From Armatimonadota bacterium (GTDB taxonomy: Bacteria > Armatimonadota > UBA5829 > DTLH01): a stretch of DNA of 28,884 bases. Within the stretch, counting starts at the first letter, position 1, and every line of letters begins with the position of its first letter. Shown one piece after another: positions 7,985 to 16,773 of the stretch. The notes under the pieces are model-generated. The model had not been told where the DNA came from and did no database searches. It saw only the letters and a program-made list of their open reading frames with translations. Where the stretch lies: contig JBDKSP010000094.1 in the NCBI GenBank assembly GCA_039680575.1, positions 1 to 28,884 on the forward strand, written 5' to 3'. The translations under genes were made by a program, and so were the position numbers.

Positions 7985-8056
7985 ACTTTCACCTCATTTC
8001 GCCAAAAGATAGTGGCCATTGAGACTGTATTAACTCAATGGTTGTCTGATAGTAAT

Positions 8057-8084
8057 ATTTTATCTATAATATGCACGATGTCAA
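8057..8084 (-). promoter_or_regulatory. sigma70-type promoter for the PEP-CTERM region
   Basis: TTGACA (8084-8079), 16-bp spacer, TAAAAT (8062-8057). Confidence 0.55.
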
Positions 8085-8254
8085 TAAGCTCGACATCTTT
8101 GGAGGCAAAAACTGGTATATTTGCCAGTATAAGATTCGACATTACCTCATATATTGTTCATTTATCAATATATTGAGCCGACACATCACCAGTATATTAC
8201 TCATGAGGTAATAGTTCACTTTTATAAGGATTATATATCACTTAAAGAGTTAGA

Positions 8255-8364
8255 CGTCACCATTGAGCTTGATTCAGGGCCTATTATTTTCCTGGATGCT
8301 GAGTCAAGCTCAGCATGACGTGGTGGGCATTTGGAATGACGTTGTGGTAGTTCGGAATGATGCT
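8255..8364. repeat. REP-like palindromic element (GTCA-type), paired copies plus trailing ~21-bp degenerate units
   Basis: 34-bp core TTTCCTGGATGCTGAGTCAAGCTCAGCATGACGT (8288-8321) identical to 20477-20510 and to the reverse complement at 28780-28813. Confidence 0.8.
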
Positions 8365-8473
8365 ATACTCATCAACGCTGAACACTTACGACTTGAGTTG
8401 ATCTGCCGGGTATATGGCAGTATTATATTCTCGTTCGCCGGGCATATAAGCCTGGGGCATTGGAGTCAATATT

Positions 8474-9829
8474 ATGAGCGGTGATGATAATCTACGCGAG
8501 CGACTGATCCATCTCAGAGCGGAGAAACTCGCTGATATACTGGTCGAACTCCGGGGTGAAAGTGACAAAGTGGGCGACATGATAAAACGCACTACAGCAA
8601 CTCCATCAGAAAACAAAAAGCGTTTCAAAGCAAAGCTGGCCGGCCTCAAAAGAGCGCGCAGGTTCATCGACTGGCGGGGAGCGTCAGACTTTGCGGATGA
8701 ACTGGAACAGATGCTTGCGGACCTTGAGGCGGGTGTCGATGATCCCAAGACCGGTGTCGAGATGGTGGCTGCTTTCTTTGAAGCGGACGATCCCATATTT
8801 AACCGGTGTGATGATTCCGACGGCTCGGTGGGTGATGTGTTCAGGGGAACGGCCTGCGCTCTGTTTGTTCATTACGCATCTCGCTGTGCCGACAAAGCAT
8901 GGTTGGTAGATAAGCTGATGGAACTCTATGCCGAGGACGAGTATGGCGTCCGCGATGTTCTGCTCGCTGCAGCGCACCGGTTCTTGCCACAGGAATCTCT
9001 GCGTGACCTGGCGGATCGTCTGTGGCAGCGTTCTCAAATGGAACGGCCGGATACATATGAATCGCGGCACTGGCTTCTTGTGCTGGAGTCGGTTGCACGA
9101 CAGCTGAAAGACGCGGCACTATATGAGAAAGCACAGCGCGCAGCGCGACCGGAGCTTTCCACTTCGGCACAGATTGATATCGCGCAGGTGTATCTGGAAG
9201 CAGGTGACCCGCAGACTGCGCTAACGTGGCTGGAGCGTGTTCAGGGCGAGACATTTAGATCATCCGACCGGGACGACCTGCTGCTGGCGGTCTATCGCGA
9301 GCTGGGTGATAAGGACAAGGCTGCCGTAGTTGCGTGGCGCATCTTTCGCAGTTACCGAAGCGACGACACCCTGAAAACGTTGCTCTTTGTCATTGGTGAC
9401 AGCGAGCGGGAGCGGGTAATAGCTGATGAACTGCCGGTCATTCTCTCTGAGAAGGAACTATCTTACTCCGACGTCGAGTTTCTCATCGCATCAGGCAGAA
9501 TAGATGAAGCGGAAACCTACCTGCTCAGCCACGCCGACGAGTTTGAAGGTGATTACTACACGAGGCTGCTGCCGCTTGCCGAGAGCATGGAGAAAAATAG
9601 GCGATGGCTCGCTGCCAGCCTGATCTACCGGGCGCTGCTGAACTCCATACTTGCGCGAGCTGTCTCCAAGTATTACCATCACGGGGTCAAGTATCTGAAG
9701 AAACTCGATAGCTTGGCTGGAAAAGTCTCCGATTGGAAGCAGTTTGAAAACCATGCAAGCTACAAATCGGAGTTGAGCCAAATACACGGACGCAAGACAA
9801 GTTTCTGGGCGAGGTACGCTGGGGAGTAA
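8474..9829 (+). CDS. Hypothetical alpha-helical protein, DUF6880-like
   Basis: 451-aa ORF; FIDWR, RCDDSDGSVGDVF and C-terminal HGRKTSFW motifs recalled for DUF6880; TPR-like helices. Confidence 0.65.
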   Translation: MSGDDNLRERLIHLRAEKLADILVELRGESDKVGDMIKRTTATPSENKKRFKAKLAGLKRARRFIDWRGASDFADELEQMLADLEAGVDDPKTGVEMVAAFFEADDPIFNRCDDSDGSVGDVFRGTACALFVHYASRCADKAWLVDKLMELYAEDEYGVRDVLLAAAHRFLPQESLRDLADRLWQRSQMERPDTYESRHWLLVLESVARQLKDAALYEKAQRAARPELSTSAQIDIAQVYLEAGDPQTALTWLERVQGETFRSSDRDDLLLAVYRELGDKDKAAVVAWRIFRSYRSDDTLKTLLFVIGDSERERVIADELPVILSEKELSYSDVEFLIASGRIDEAETYLLSHADEFEGDYYTRLLPLAESMEKNRRWLAASLIYRALLNSILARAVSKYYHHGVKYLKKLDSLAGKVSDWKQFENHASYKSELSQIHGRKTSFWARYAGE

Positions 9830-9913
9830 GCGCTCTACAACCTCTCAAGCGCAGTTTCCACCCCGTGTTGACTCTAAATCCCCGCGCAGATCGGAAACCG
9901 AAGCAGCTGCGCC

Positions 9914-11119
9914 TTAGCGGGAAGCTTCTTTCATAACGGACTTCACCGAATCGGCGACGCGGCGCATATAGTCCTCTGTAAGAGTAGGGTGGACCAGGAA
10001 CATCAGAGCCGTCTCCCCCAATTCCCTGGCAACCGGCAGACGCTCAGGTGGCTGAAGCCCCGCGTCGGCAAACGCCTTCTCCAGATAGATCTCGCTGCAA
10101 CTGCCCACAGTGCAGGGAATGCCAAGAGAGTTCAGAGTGACCATAATCCGGTCCCGAGACCACCCATCCTTCAACCTTTCCGGCACAACGTAGGCATAGA
10201 ACTTATAATAAGCATGCCCGAAATCCGAAGACGGCACAGGAACCCTGAGAGCAGGGATTTCACTAAAAGAATCGATCAAAACAGCCGCATTCCGCCGCCT
10301 TGCAGCAACCCAGCCATCGAGCTTGGTAAGCTGCACCCGGCCAATGGCCGCCTGAACCTCAAGCATCCTCCAGTTGGTCCCAAAACTCTCGTGCAGCCAC
10401 CGGAACCCGGGGGCATGCTCGCGGTTATAGACAGCATCATAGCTCTTGCCATGATCCTTATAAGCCCAAGCCTTCTCCCAGACAGCCGGATAGCCGGTAG
10501 TAAGCATCCCGCCCTCACCGCCGGTGGTCATGATCTTGTCCTGGCAGAAGGACCAGGCTGCAGCATCCCCCAGGGAGCCGCAAGGGCGGCCTTTATAAGC
10601 CGCACCATGGCACTGGGCGCAGTCCTCTATAACCTTGAGGTTGTGCTCCTTGGCCAGAGCAAGGATCGGGTCCATATCGCAGGGCCAACCTGCCAGATGC
10701 ACGGTTATAATTGCTTTAGTCTTTGGAGTCAGCGCAGCCTCGACAGTAGCTGCAGTGATATTACCGCTGTCACGATCCACATCGGCAAACACAGGCCTGC
10801 TGCCGCGCACAACAGCCGCACTAGCGGAGGCCAGGAAGGTCCTGGGAGTCACCACTACCTCGTCTCCCGGCATAATTCCCAATGCATAAAGCGCAAGCTC
10901 AAGCGCCAAAGAGCCGTTATGCAGAGCAACACCAAACTCACAACCCACAGCCTGTGCGAACTCCTTCTCAAAAATCCGCCCAACCTCCCCGGTCCAGTAG
11001 TTGACTTTGCCGGATTCGAGGACTGCGGTTACAGCCTCGACCTCGTCCGGGGCAAAGTACGGCCAAGGACCTTGACCTGTGATTGTTTTGTTGCCTGAGT
11101 CGGTGTTGATTTCTTTCAT
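9914..11119 (-). CDS. DegT/DnrJ/EryC1/StrS sugar aminotransferase (PglE-like)
   Basis: IEDCAQCHGA, SFCQDKIMTTGGEGG (PLP lysine), GTNWRM. Confidence 0.93.
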   Translation of the reverse strand: MKEINTDSGNKTITGQGPWPYFAPDEVEAVTAVLESGKVNYWTGEVGRIFEKEFAQAVGCEFGVALHNGSLALELALYALGIMPGDEVVVTPRTFLASASAAVVRGSRPVFADVDRDSGNITAATVEAALTPKTKAIITVHLAGWPCDMDPILALAKEHNLKVIEDCAQCHGAAYKGRPCGSLGDAAAWSFCQDKIMTTGGEGGMLTTGYPAVWEKAWAYKDHGKSYDAVYNREHAPGFRWLHESFGTNWRMLEVQAAIGRVQLTKLDGWVAARRRNAAVLIDSFSEIPALRVPVPSSDFGHAYYKFYAYVVPERLKDGWSRDRIMVTLNSLGIPCTVGSCSEIYLEKAFADAGLQPPERLPVARELGETALMFLVHPTLTEDYMRRVADSVKSVMKEASR

Positions 11120-11164
11120 TACGGAACCTCTGCAAAGAATGTGATGTTCATATTTCAGATTGTG

Positions 11165-11863
11165 CTAAGGGCACTTTTGTATTAAAGCCTGTATAAGTGA
11201 AGCCAAAGACTTGATACTCGAAACCTCATGCTGCGCTGCGTGATCTGCTGATGGCGGCTCAACATGATAATGTAATTGCGGTTTGGTTCTCAACCGGATT
11301 GTATGCCATCCCATTTTGTTAGGTGCAAGAAAATCCTTCTCCGGATTGTCCGCAACATATAAATAGCTGCCTGGCTTACCACCGAACACGTCCCGGCACA
11401 ATTCAAATGCCCGCTGATGAGGTTTCCAGAAGGACTTACCCCAATCATCGGTAAAAACCGGCAATCTGATTACATGCTGCAAGCCCAGAGATGCGAACTT
11501 CAACCGCTGCGAGATTGCTGGACCATCGCTGATAACGCCAAGCTGAATATTATCTTTAGAAAGGTCACTCAACAATTTCCGTATACCGGGATAGAGTCTG
11601 ATGTTCGGAATATGTGACCGGTAAAGAGTGACCAGACTTTCTATATCGAAAGCCCGTGACACCGGTAAAAACTCCTGCATTAGAAGATCGAATGCATTGC
11701 CCCTTATACCGGATTGGAACCCACTCCAAAGATGTGAGAACACCTGAAGCTCATCGACGCCGCAATTCATAGAGACAAACTGGGCAATCCACTTGAACCC
11801 GCTTTTTACATAATCTGACTCTGGATAAAGAGTATCATCGAGATCGAATATTACAACGGCCAA
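11165..11863 (-). CDS. HAD-superfamily hydrolase
   Basis: FDLDDTLY (motif I), ISDG, WKPH, YVADNPEKD; overlaps end of upstream gene. Confidence 0.88.
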   Translation of the reverse strand: MAVVIFDLDDTLYPESDYVKSGFKWIAQFVSMNCGVDELQVFSHLWSGFQSGIRGNAFDLLMQEFLPVSRAFDIESLVTLYRSHIPNIRLYPGIRKLLSDLSKDNIQLGVISDGPAISQRLKFASLGLQHVIRLPVFTDDWGKSFWKPHQRAFELCRDVFGGKPGSYLYVADNPEKDFLAPNKMGWHTIRLRTKPQLHYHVEPPSADHAAQHEVSSIKSLASLIQALIQKCP

Positions 11864-12822
11864 AGCGGTTCCTCAGTAAAATGTTCGACATAGTATCTTG
11901 TCATGTAGAGTCCAGCCTTATAATTACCTATCTCAAGAGGTGGAACTACGCCTCCGGTAAGGGTTTGTACGATCCACTGGGGATAAAGGCCTCCGGCTGC
12001 ATATGCAAGAGGAAACCCACCACCAAACCGAGGGTTGACCTCCGTCAGCACAGGACCACTATCCGTAAGGAATGCCTGCAGCGTCATTGGCCCCCTGCCA
12101 CCAGCCCGGCCAAGTAATGCAAGGATATTCAGAATCCAAGGTCTCAGTTCGCCATCCGCTATGGTTACACCCTCCATGGATTCACCCCCGATAGTCTTCA
12201 ACCGGCGGCGCGGAACATAGTGAACAGGCTGTCCGTCAAAATCCAACAATGCATCAATGGTTATCTCCGGCCCATGAAGCTCCTCCTGGATTATCGGATC
12301 CGGCACAAATTTCAGGGCTGTATCAAGCATATCCTTATGCACCTTGTGAACATGCTGACTGGCGCTGCCATTTCTGGGTTTTACAACAAGATTGTCGGGA
12401 ATACTCGCGTGATCAATGGAACCCGGCAGCCAAGACATCGGCACGGAGATGCCTTGGCTACTTAAAACCTTAAATGTGAGCCACTTATCTCCACATGCGT
12501 TTATTACCTGTTCTGAAGACACAAGTGCCTTGCATCCGTTTGATTCCAGATCAGGTGCGATATGAGCCAGAACAGGGAGTTCCGTATCTATTGCAGGAAC
12601 AACAAGCCCTATATTATGGGCCTTGATTATACCCCACAGTTGCTCCACGTACGCCGGATTTGTATTTTGCGTCAGGAACGCAGTTTTGTCTGCAAGATAT
12701 AATGCAGGTGCCAAAGGATCGATATCAGCAGCAATTATCTCATTGCCTGTTTCTATGGCTGCATCCCTAAATGCCTTGAGCAGCGAAGTCCTGCGTCCAG
12801 CGCTTAGTAGAAGTATATTCAC
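11851..12822 (-). CDS. ATP-grasp protein (carbamoyl-phosphate-synthase-like, polysaccharide-cluster type)
   Basis: MNILLLSAGRR, VPAIDTEL, DKW, KPRNGSAS, EVNPRFGGG. Confidence 0.88.
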   Translation of the reverse strand: MNILLLSAGRRTSLLKAFRDAAIETGNEIIAADIDPLAPALYLADKTAFLTQNTNPAYVEQLWGIIKAHNIGLVVPAIDTELPVLAHIAPDLESNGCKALVSSEQVINACGDKWLTFKVLSSQGISVPMSWLPGSIDHASIPDNLVVKPRNGSASQHVHKVHKDMLDTALKFVPDPIIQEELHGPEITIDALLDFDGQPVHYVPRRRLKTIGGESMEGVTIADGELRPWILNILALLGRAGGRGPMTLQAFLTDSGPVLTEVNPRFGGGFPLAYAAGGLYPQWIVQTLTGGVVPPLEIGNYKAGLYMTRYYVEHFTEEPLWPL

Positions 12823-13448
12823 TGGCTGTGTCCTCTCAATGGTTGGACTCGGGCTGGATTACCAAAAGCTGTGACACCATCGGGAATATCGGACACTACA
12901 ACCGAGCCTGCGCCTATAATGCAACCCGAGCCGATTGAAATAAGTGGGCGAGCGCAGGACCCAATGCCTACAAGGGTTTCACATCCGACATGCACCCCAC
13001 CAGCCAACCTAACTCCGGATGATATGTGGGCCAGGTCCGAGATAACGCAATCGTGACCTACCGAACAGGAAGTATTGAGTATACAGCCCTGCCCGATGAT
13101 AGCCTGGCTATTTACCACAGCTTGCGCCACCACAACGGTGCCTTCGCCGATAGATGCGCTTGGAGATATAATCGCGCTCGGATGGATGATCACCGGAAAG
13201 ATCCAGCCATGTGACTTCCCATAATCAAACAATTCTCTGCGTGTATTGTTTAAGCCTATTCCCATGACGACCATAGAGCCATCCGGGATCAGTTCCTTCG
13301 GTCCTATCACGCGATATCCGAGGACCTCGCAGTCGCACTTTTGGGAATCATCATCGACAAAACCTAAAATATCATATCCGGTCAAACCGGCAATTTCGGC
13401 AACAACTGCACCGTGTCCCCCGGCTCCGACTACATATATCCTCTTCAA
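12819..13448 (-). CDS. Sugar acetyltransferase, NeuD/PglD family
   Basis: GAGGHG N-terminus, IIHPSA, hexapeptide repeats, catalytic GHD, GNPAR. Confidence 0.92.
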   Translation of the reverse strand: MKRIYVVGAGGHGAVVAEIAGLTGYDILGFVDDDSQKCDCEVLGYRVIGPKELIPDGSMVVMGIGLNNTRRELFDYGKSHGWIFPVIIHPSAIISPSASIGEGTVVVAQAVVNSQAIIGQGCILNTSCSVGHDCVISDLAHISSGVRLAGGVHVGCETLVGIGSCARPLISIGSGCIIGAGSVVVSDIPDGVTAFGNPARVQPLRGHSQ

Positions 13449-14065
13449 TGCTCCACCTTTTCCCTCGATGTACCTGTACTGCCTGTAAAGATCGGCATTG
13501 TAGCATCGGCAGCATGTGAAATCCCTTCACGTTTAAAGACCTTAACAACAGTCATAAAGAGTATCTTTATATCGAGCCAGAATGAGTGGTTATCGACATA
13601 CCACACATCCAGATCGAACTTCTCTTCCCAAGACAGCGCATTTCGACCGTTCACCTGCGCCCATCCGCTGATACCTGGCCTCACCTCATGCCGCCTTGCC
13701 TGGTGGGGCGAGTATAAAGGCAAATACTCCACCAGCAGAGGTCTCGGTCCGACGAGGCTCATATCGCCCTTCAACACATTAAACAACTCAGGTAATTCAT
13801 CGACACTTGTAGCTCGAAGTAACTTTCCAAGTCGAGTTAACCTTTTAACACCGGGAAGCAGGTTTCCCTTGCTGTCGAGTAGATTCCGCATAGAGCGGAA
13901 CTTGTACATTTTGAATATCTTCCCATTGAGACCGGGACGCTCCTGGCAGAACAGCACAGGGAAGCCCATACTAACAGCAACGAGACCAGCAACAATAAAC
14001 AGAAACGGCAGCAGAACCAAAAGTAAACTTAACGATACACATACATCAAATATGCGCTTAACCAT
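13445..14065 (-). CDS. Monotopic undecaprenyl-phosphate sugar phosphotransferase (PglC-like)
   Basis: KRIFD, YKFRSM, DELPEL.NVLKGDMSLVGPRP, RPGISGWAQVNGRN. Confidence 0.93.
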   Translation of the reverse strand: MVKRIFDVCVSLSLLLVLLPFLFIVAGLVAVSMGFPVLFCQERPGLNGKIFKMYKFRSMRNLLDSKGNLLPGVKRLTRLGKLLRATSVDELPELFNVLKGDMSLVGPRPLLVEYLPLYSPHQARRHEVRPGISGWAQVNGRNALSWEEKFDLDVWYVDNHSFWLDIKILFMTVVKVFKREGISHAADATMPIFTGSTGTSREKVEH

Positions 14066-15272
14066 TTACGGATGCCTCGCTTGTCGCTGTATGTGCTTCC
14101 GGAACATCCAATCCCTTCGACTTCAGAAGACGGATATACTCCTGATAGACAGCTTCCCATATATCTTCTGGTCGGAAATCACGCAGAACGCGTTCACGAC
14201 CTGCTTGACCATGCTTTCGGCGTAGATCTGGATCATCCAGATACGCTTTAATAGCTCTGGCAAGTGACTGGCTGTCACGAGGTGGAACAAGAGTGCCTGT
14301 TACACCATCCTGTACAGCATCAATACAGCCGGGTATTTGGGTCGCTACCACTGGAAGTCCCATAGCAGCTGCCTCCATGGGCACGTTAGGAAACCCTTCC
14401 CTATAAGTTGGCAGAACACAGATATCCATTGCAGTATAAAATGGAGCAGAATCTTCCTGCCCACCAGTCAAAACGATTCTATTGCCGTTCTTAATCAACT
14501 GTATAGTTTCGGACGGAACAGGGTCTTGAGGCTCAAATGGTCCTATTAGCATCAAGTAAACCTTCGGATACTGATCAACAATACTTTGCCATGCTTCTAT
14601 CAGCTCAACAATTCCTTTATCTCGAACAATGCGGCCAACAAATCCAATCACCACTGCATCTACTGGAATACCGTATTGCAACCTTATATCGCTGCGATTG
14701 GTGCCCCAGCTTGCAGGATTAAACCGCTGCGCCGCATCCACACCATTCCCGCTGCCACTGCGCAACGCTTTGATCTTATCAGCAGAACATATCCCTTCAT
14801 TGACCGCAACATCTCGAATCGAATGGCTGACGCAAAGCACTTGATGGGCCAATGAACAGGAGATATTTTCGGTAGCTATTAGTATTTTTCGCTTCAAACC
14901 AGTTGCCGTCATAAAAGGCAATCCTCTGATATGGTAGATCCTGACGGGAGCACCAGCCATCCAAGCACTGATCATCCCTAAAAGGCCACCCTTAGGTGTA
15001 TGTGCATGAACTATCTCCGGTTTGATACGCCTTATGCTACGCCAAAGCTGCCATAAAGAGCGAATATCCTTTACGGGGGTTATACTCCGAAGCATCTCAA
15101 CAGCAGAAACAGTTATCTGCTCTCTATCTGCAAACTCCTCAAGCTGCTTGCCTGGTGATGAGATAGCGTGAACCTCAAAGCCACGATCTTTCATATAGCT
15201 TACCTGCCCACGCACAAAATTGAGGGACTGGGGTACTGTTGTTATATGGCATATTTTCATAGGAATATTCAT
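14058..15272 (-). CDS. Glycosyltransferase family 4 (CapM-like)
   Basis: HAHTPKGGLLG, GSGNGVD, FVGRIVRDKGI, REGFPNVPMEA. Confidence 0.92.
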   Translation of the reverse strand: MNIPMKICHITTVPQSLNFVRGQVSYMKDRGFEVHAISSPGKQLEEFADREQITVSAVEMLRSITPVKDIRSLWQLWRSIRRIKPEIVHAHTPKGGLLGMISAWMAGAPVRIYHIRGLPFMTATGLKRKILIATENISCSLAHQVLCVSHSIRDVAVNEGICSADKIKALRSGSGNGVDAAQRFNPASWGTNRSDIRLQYGIPVDAVVIGFVGRIVRDKGIVELIEAWQSIVDQYPKVYLMLIGPFEPQDPVPSETIQLIKNGNRIVLTGGQEDSAPFYTAMDICVLPTYREGFPNVPMEAAAMGLPVVATQIPGCIDAVQDGVTGTLVPPRDSQSLARAIKAYLDDPDLRRKHGQAGRERVLRDFRPEDIWEAVYQEYIRLLKSKGLDVPEAHTATSEASVNG

Positions 15273-15311
15273 TCACATATTTTCCTAAAATCCAGGTATT
15301 CAAGGAACAGC

Positions 15312-16676
15312 TCATTCACTAACATTGTTTACTATTAGCCGATATTTCCCACTTCTTTCGCAAGGAATATCTTCTACTAAGTCAATGGCAATGTCCATAT
15401 CCTTGCCAAATTTATACTGGATCTCATTACGCACTAGCGCCTGATGTCCCACCACAAAACGATCAGTATCGACAACCAGTTTCACATTAAGCTTTGATAT
15501 CTCATCCTGTATAATCTGCATCTTCACAATAGAACATGGTAAGTTCTTCACAATGTTAGCAACGTTGCCCAAATTAATTTTCGTTCCATTTGTTGCAACC
15601 AGATAGTCTGCCACCCGTCCATCTATTCTAGTAATTAATGGAGTATGCATGCCACATGGGCAGCATTTTGAAGGATCATCTAATACCATACTGTCGCCTA
15701 TTCGGTATCTGATGAGTGGAGTGCCATATGTCGTGAAACTAGTTACCAATATCTCGCCTGTATCATCAAGTGTTTCAATTACACCGGACGATAAGTCATA
15801 GTGCATGTTTCCTTGAGAGCATTCATACACAAACGGTGCACCCTCGGACGAGGCATACTGATCTCGCACCGGACAACCGAAGACTCTTTCTATTACTTCT
15901 CTGTGTGCCGGAGTAACAGTTTCAGACGTCGGAAAGACCGCAACAGGAGAAAAGCTGAACCTTAGTCCATGTCTTTCTACAAACGCTGCAATGTCATATA
16001 TGGATGAAACAAAACCATCTATTGCAGCAGGTTGGAACTTATTTAGGGCTGCTATGTAATATGGTATATTCTCATTATTATGATGGAATGACGAAAATAC
16101 CATTTGCTTCGATGCTGCATTATAACGCCAGAATACTTTATTCCTCTGATTTGGAGGCACAATATGCTTTCCGTTGAACGTTGCTTTCTTCATACGGAGA
16201 TTCACGAAACCATGCTTCATCTTGAAATGATCGAGTGTGGCCATGCGCTCGCAACTATTATCTTCTGTAAAGTACACAATCAGCGACTTGCCCGTAGTTC
16301 CGCCTGTATGAGATTCACAAGCGCTGCTTTTATCAACGGCAACAACAAGATCAATATTTTCCCTTAGCTGCTCTTTGGTTACTATTGGCAGTATCTTGAT
16401 GTCTTCTATGCTCCCGATAGCATTGATATCGATGCCAGCGTAGAGGTCCCGATAGAATTTGCTATTACGCACGGCATGTGCCAACAACTTCACCAACTGA
16501 TCCAGTTGATATGCTTGCTGCTCTTGCCTCGACAAACAATCAAATTGTTTGAGAAACGACAAATATTCATAATAGCGTTTCCCGTAGCGCTGCCTGTTTA
16601 CCATGTATCCATAGATGGTTGCCATGGCATTCTGTGAGAAAATAGGCGATCTATCATAGATATTCTGATACTTCAT
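15312..16676 (-). CDS. CapK / phenylacetate-CoA ligase-family adenylate-forming enzyme
   Basis: IYDRSPIFSQN N-terminus, TGGTTG P-loop, YASSEG, PLIRYRIGD, SGKYR. Confidence 0.88.
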   Translation of the reverse strand: MKYQNIYDRSPIFSQNAMATIYGYMVNRQRYGKRYYEYLSFLKQFDCLSRQEQQAYQLDQLVKLLAHAVRNSKFYRDLYAGIDINAIGSIEDIKILPIVTKEQLRENIDLVVAVDKSSACESHTGGTTGKSLIVYFTEDNSCERMATLDHFKMKHGFVNLRMKKATFNGKHIVPPNQRNKVFWRYNAASKQMVFSSFHHNNENIPYYIAALNKFQPAAIDGFVSSIYDIAAFVERHGLRFSFSPVAVFPTSETVTPAHREVIERVFGCPVRDQYASSEGAPFVYECSQGNMHYDLSSGVIETLDDTGEILVTSFTTYGTPLIRYRIGDSMVLDDPSKCCPCGMHTPLITRIDGRVADYLVATNGTKINLGNVANIVKNLPCSIVKMQIIQDEISKLNVKLVVDTDRFVVGHQALVRNEIQYKFGKDMDIAIDLVEDIPCERSGKYRLIVNNVSE

Positions 16677-16773
16677 TATTGCACCCCATCAAACTACTAG
16701 CAAATGGAAGGAGAATATTTTCTTTATCAAGCTGAATATCACTGTAACCAATATAACTTTGCCTTAATACGAT

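Noticed and set aside
8263..8484. 73-aa ORF upstream of the DUF6880-like gene
   Set aside because: Largely a translation of the REP-like repeat; TTG start without SD
9884..9912. CAGATCGGAAACCGAAGCAGC resembles SRP RNA helix 8 (CAGG-NNN-GNRA-NNN-AGCAG)
   Set aside because: It has an extra nucleotide in the apical stem, the flanks do not pair in the SRP register, and there is no room for the long SRP helix between convergent genes; more likely a simple hairpin (GCGCAG/CTGCGC)
9989..11098. Long antisense ORFs (369 aa here; also 13413-14225, 25655-26395, 27079-27801, 2009-2740, 3770-4519)
   Set aside because: Shadow frames of well-supported genes with no recognisable motifs
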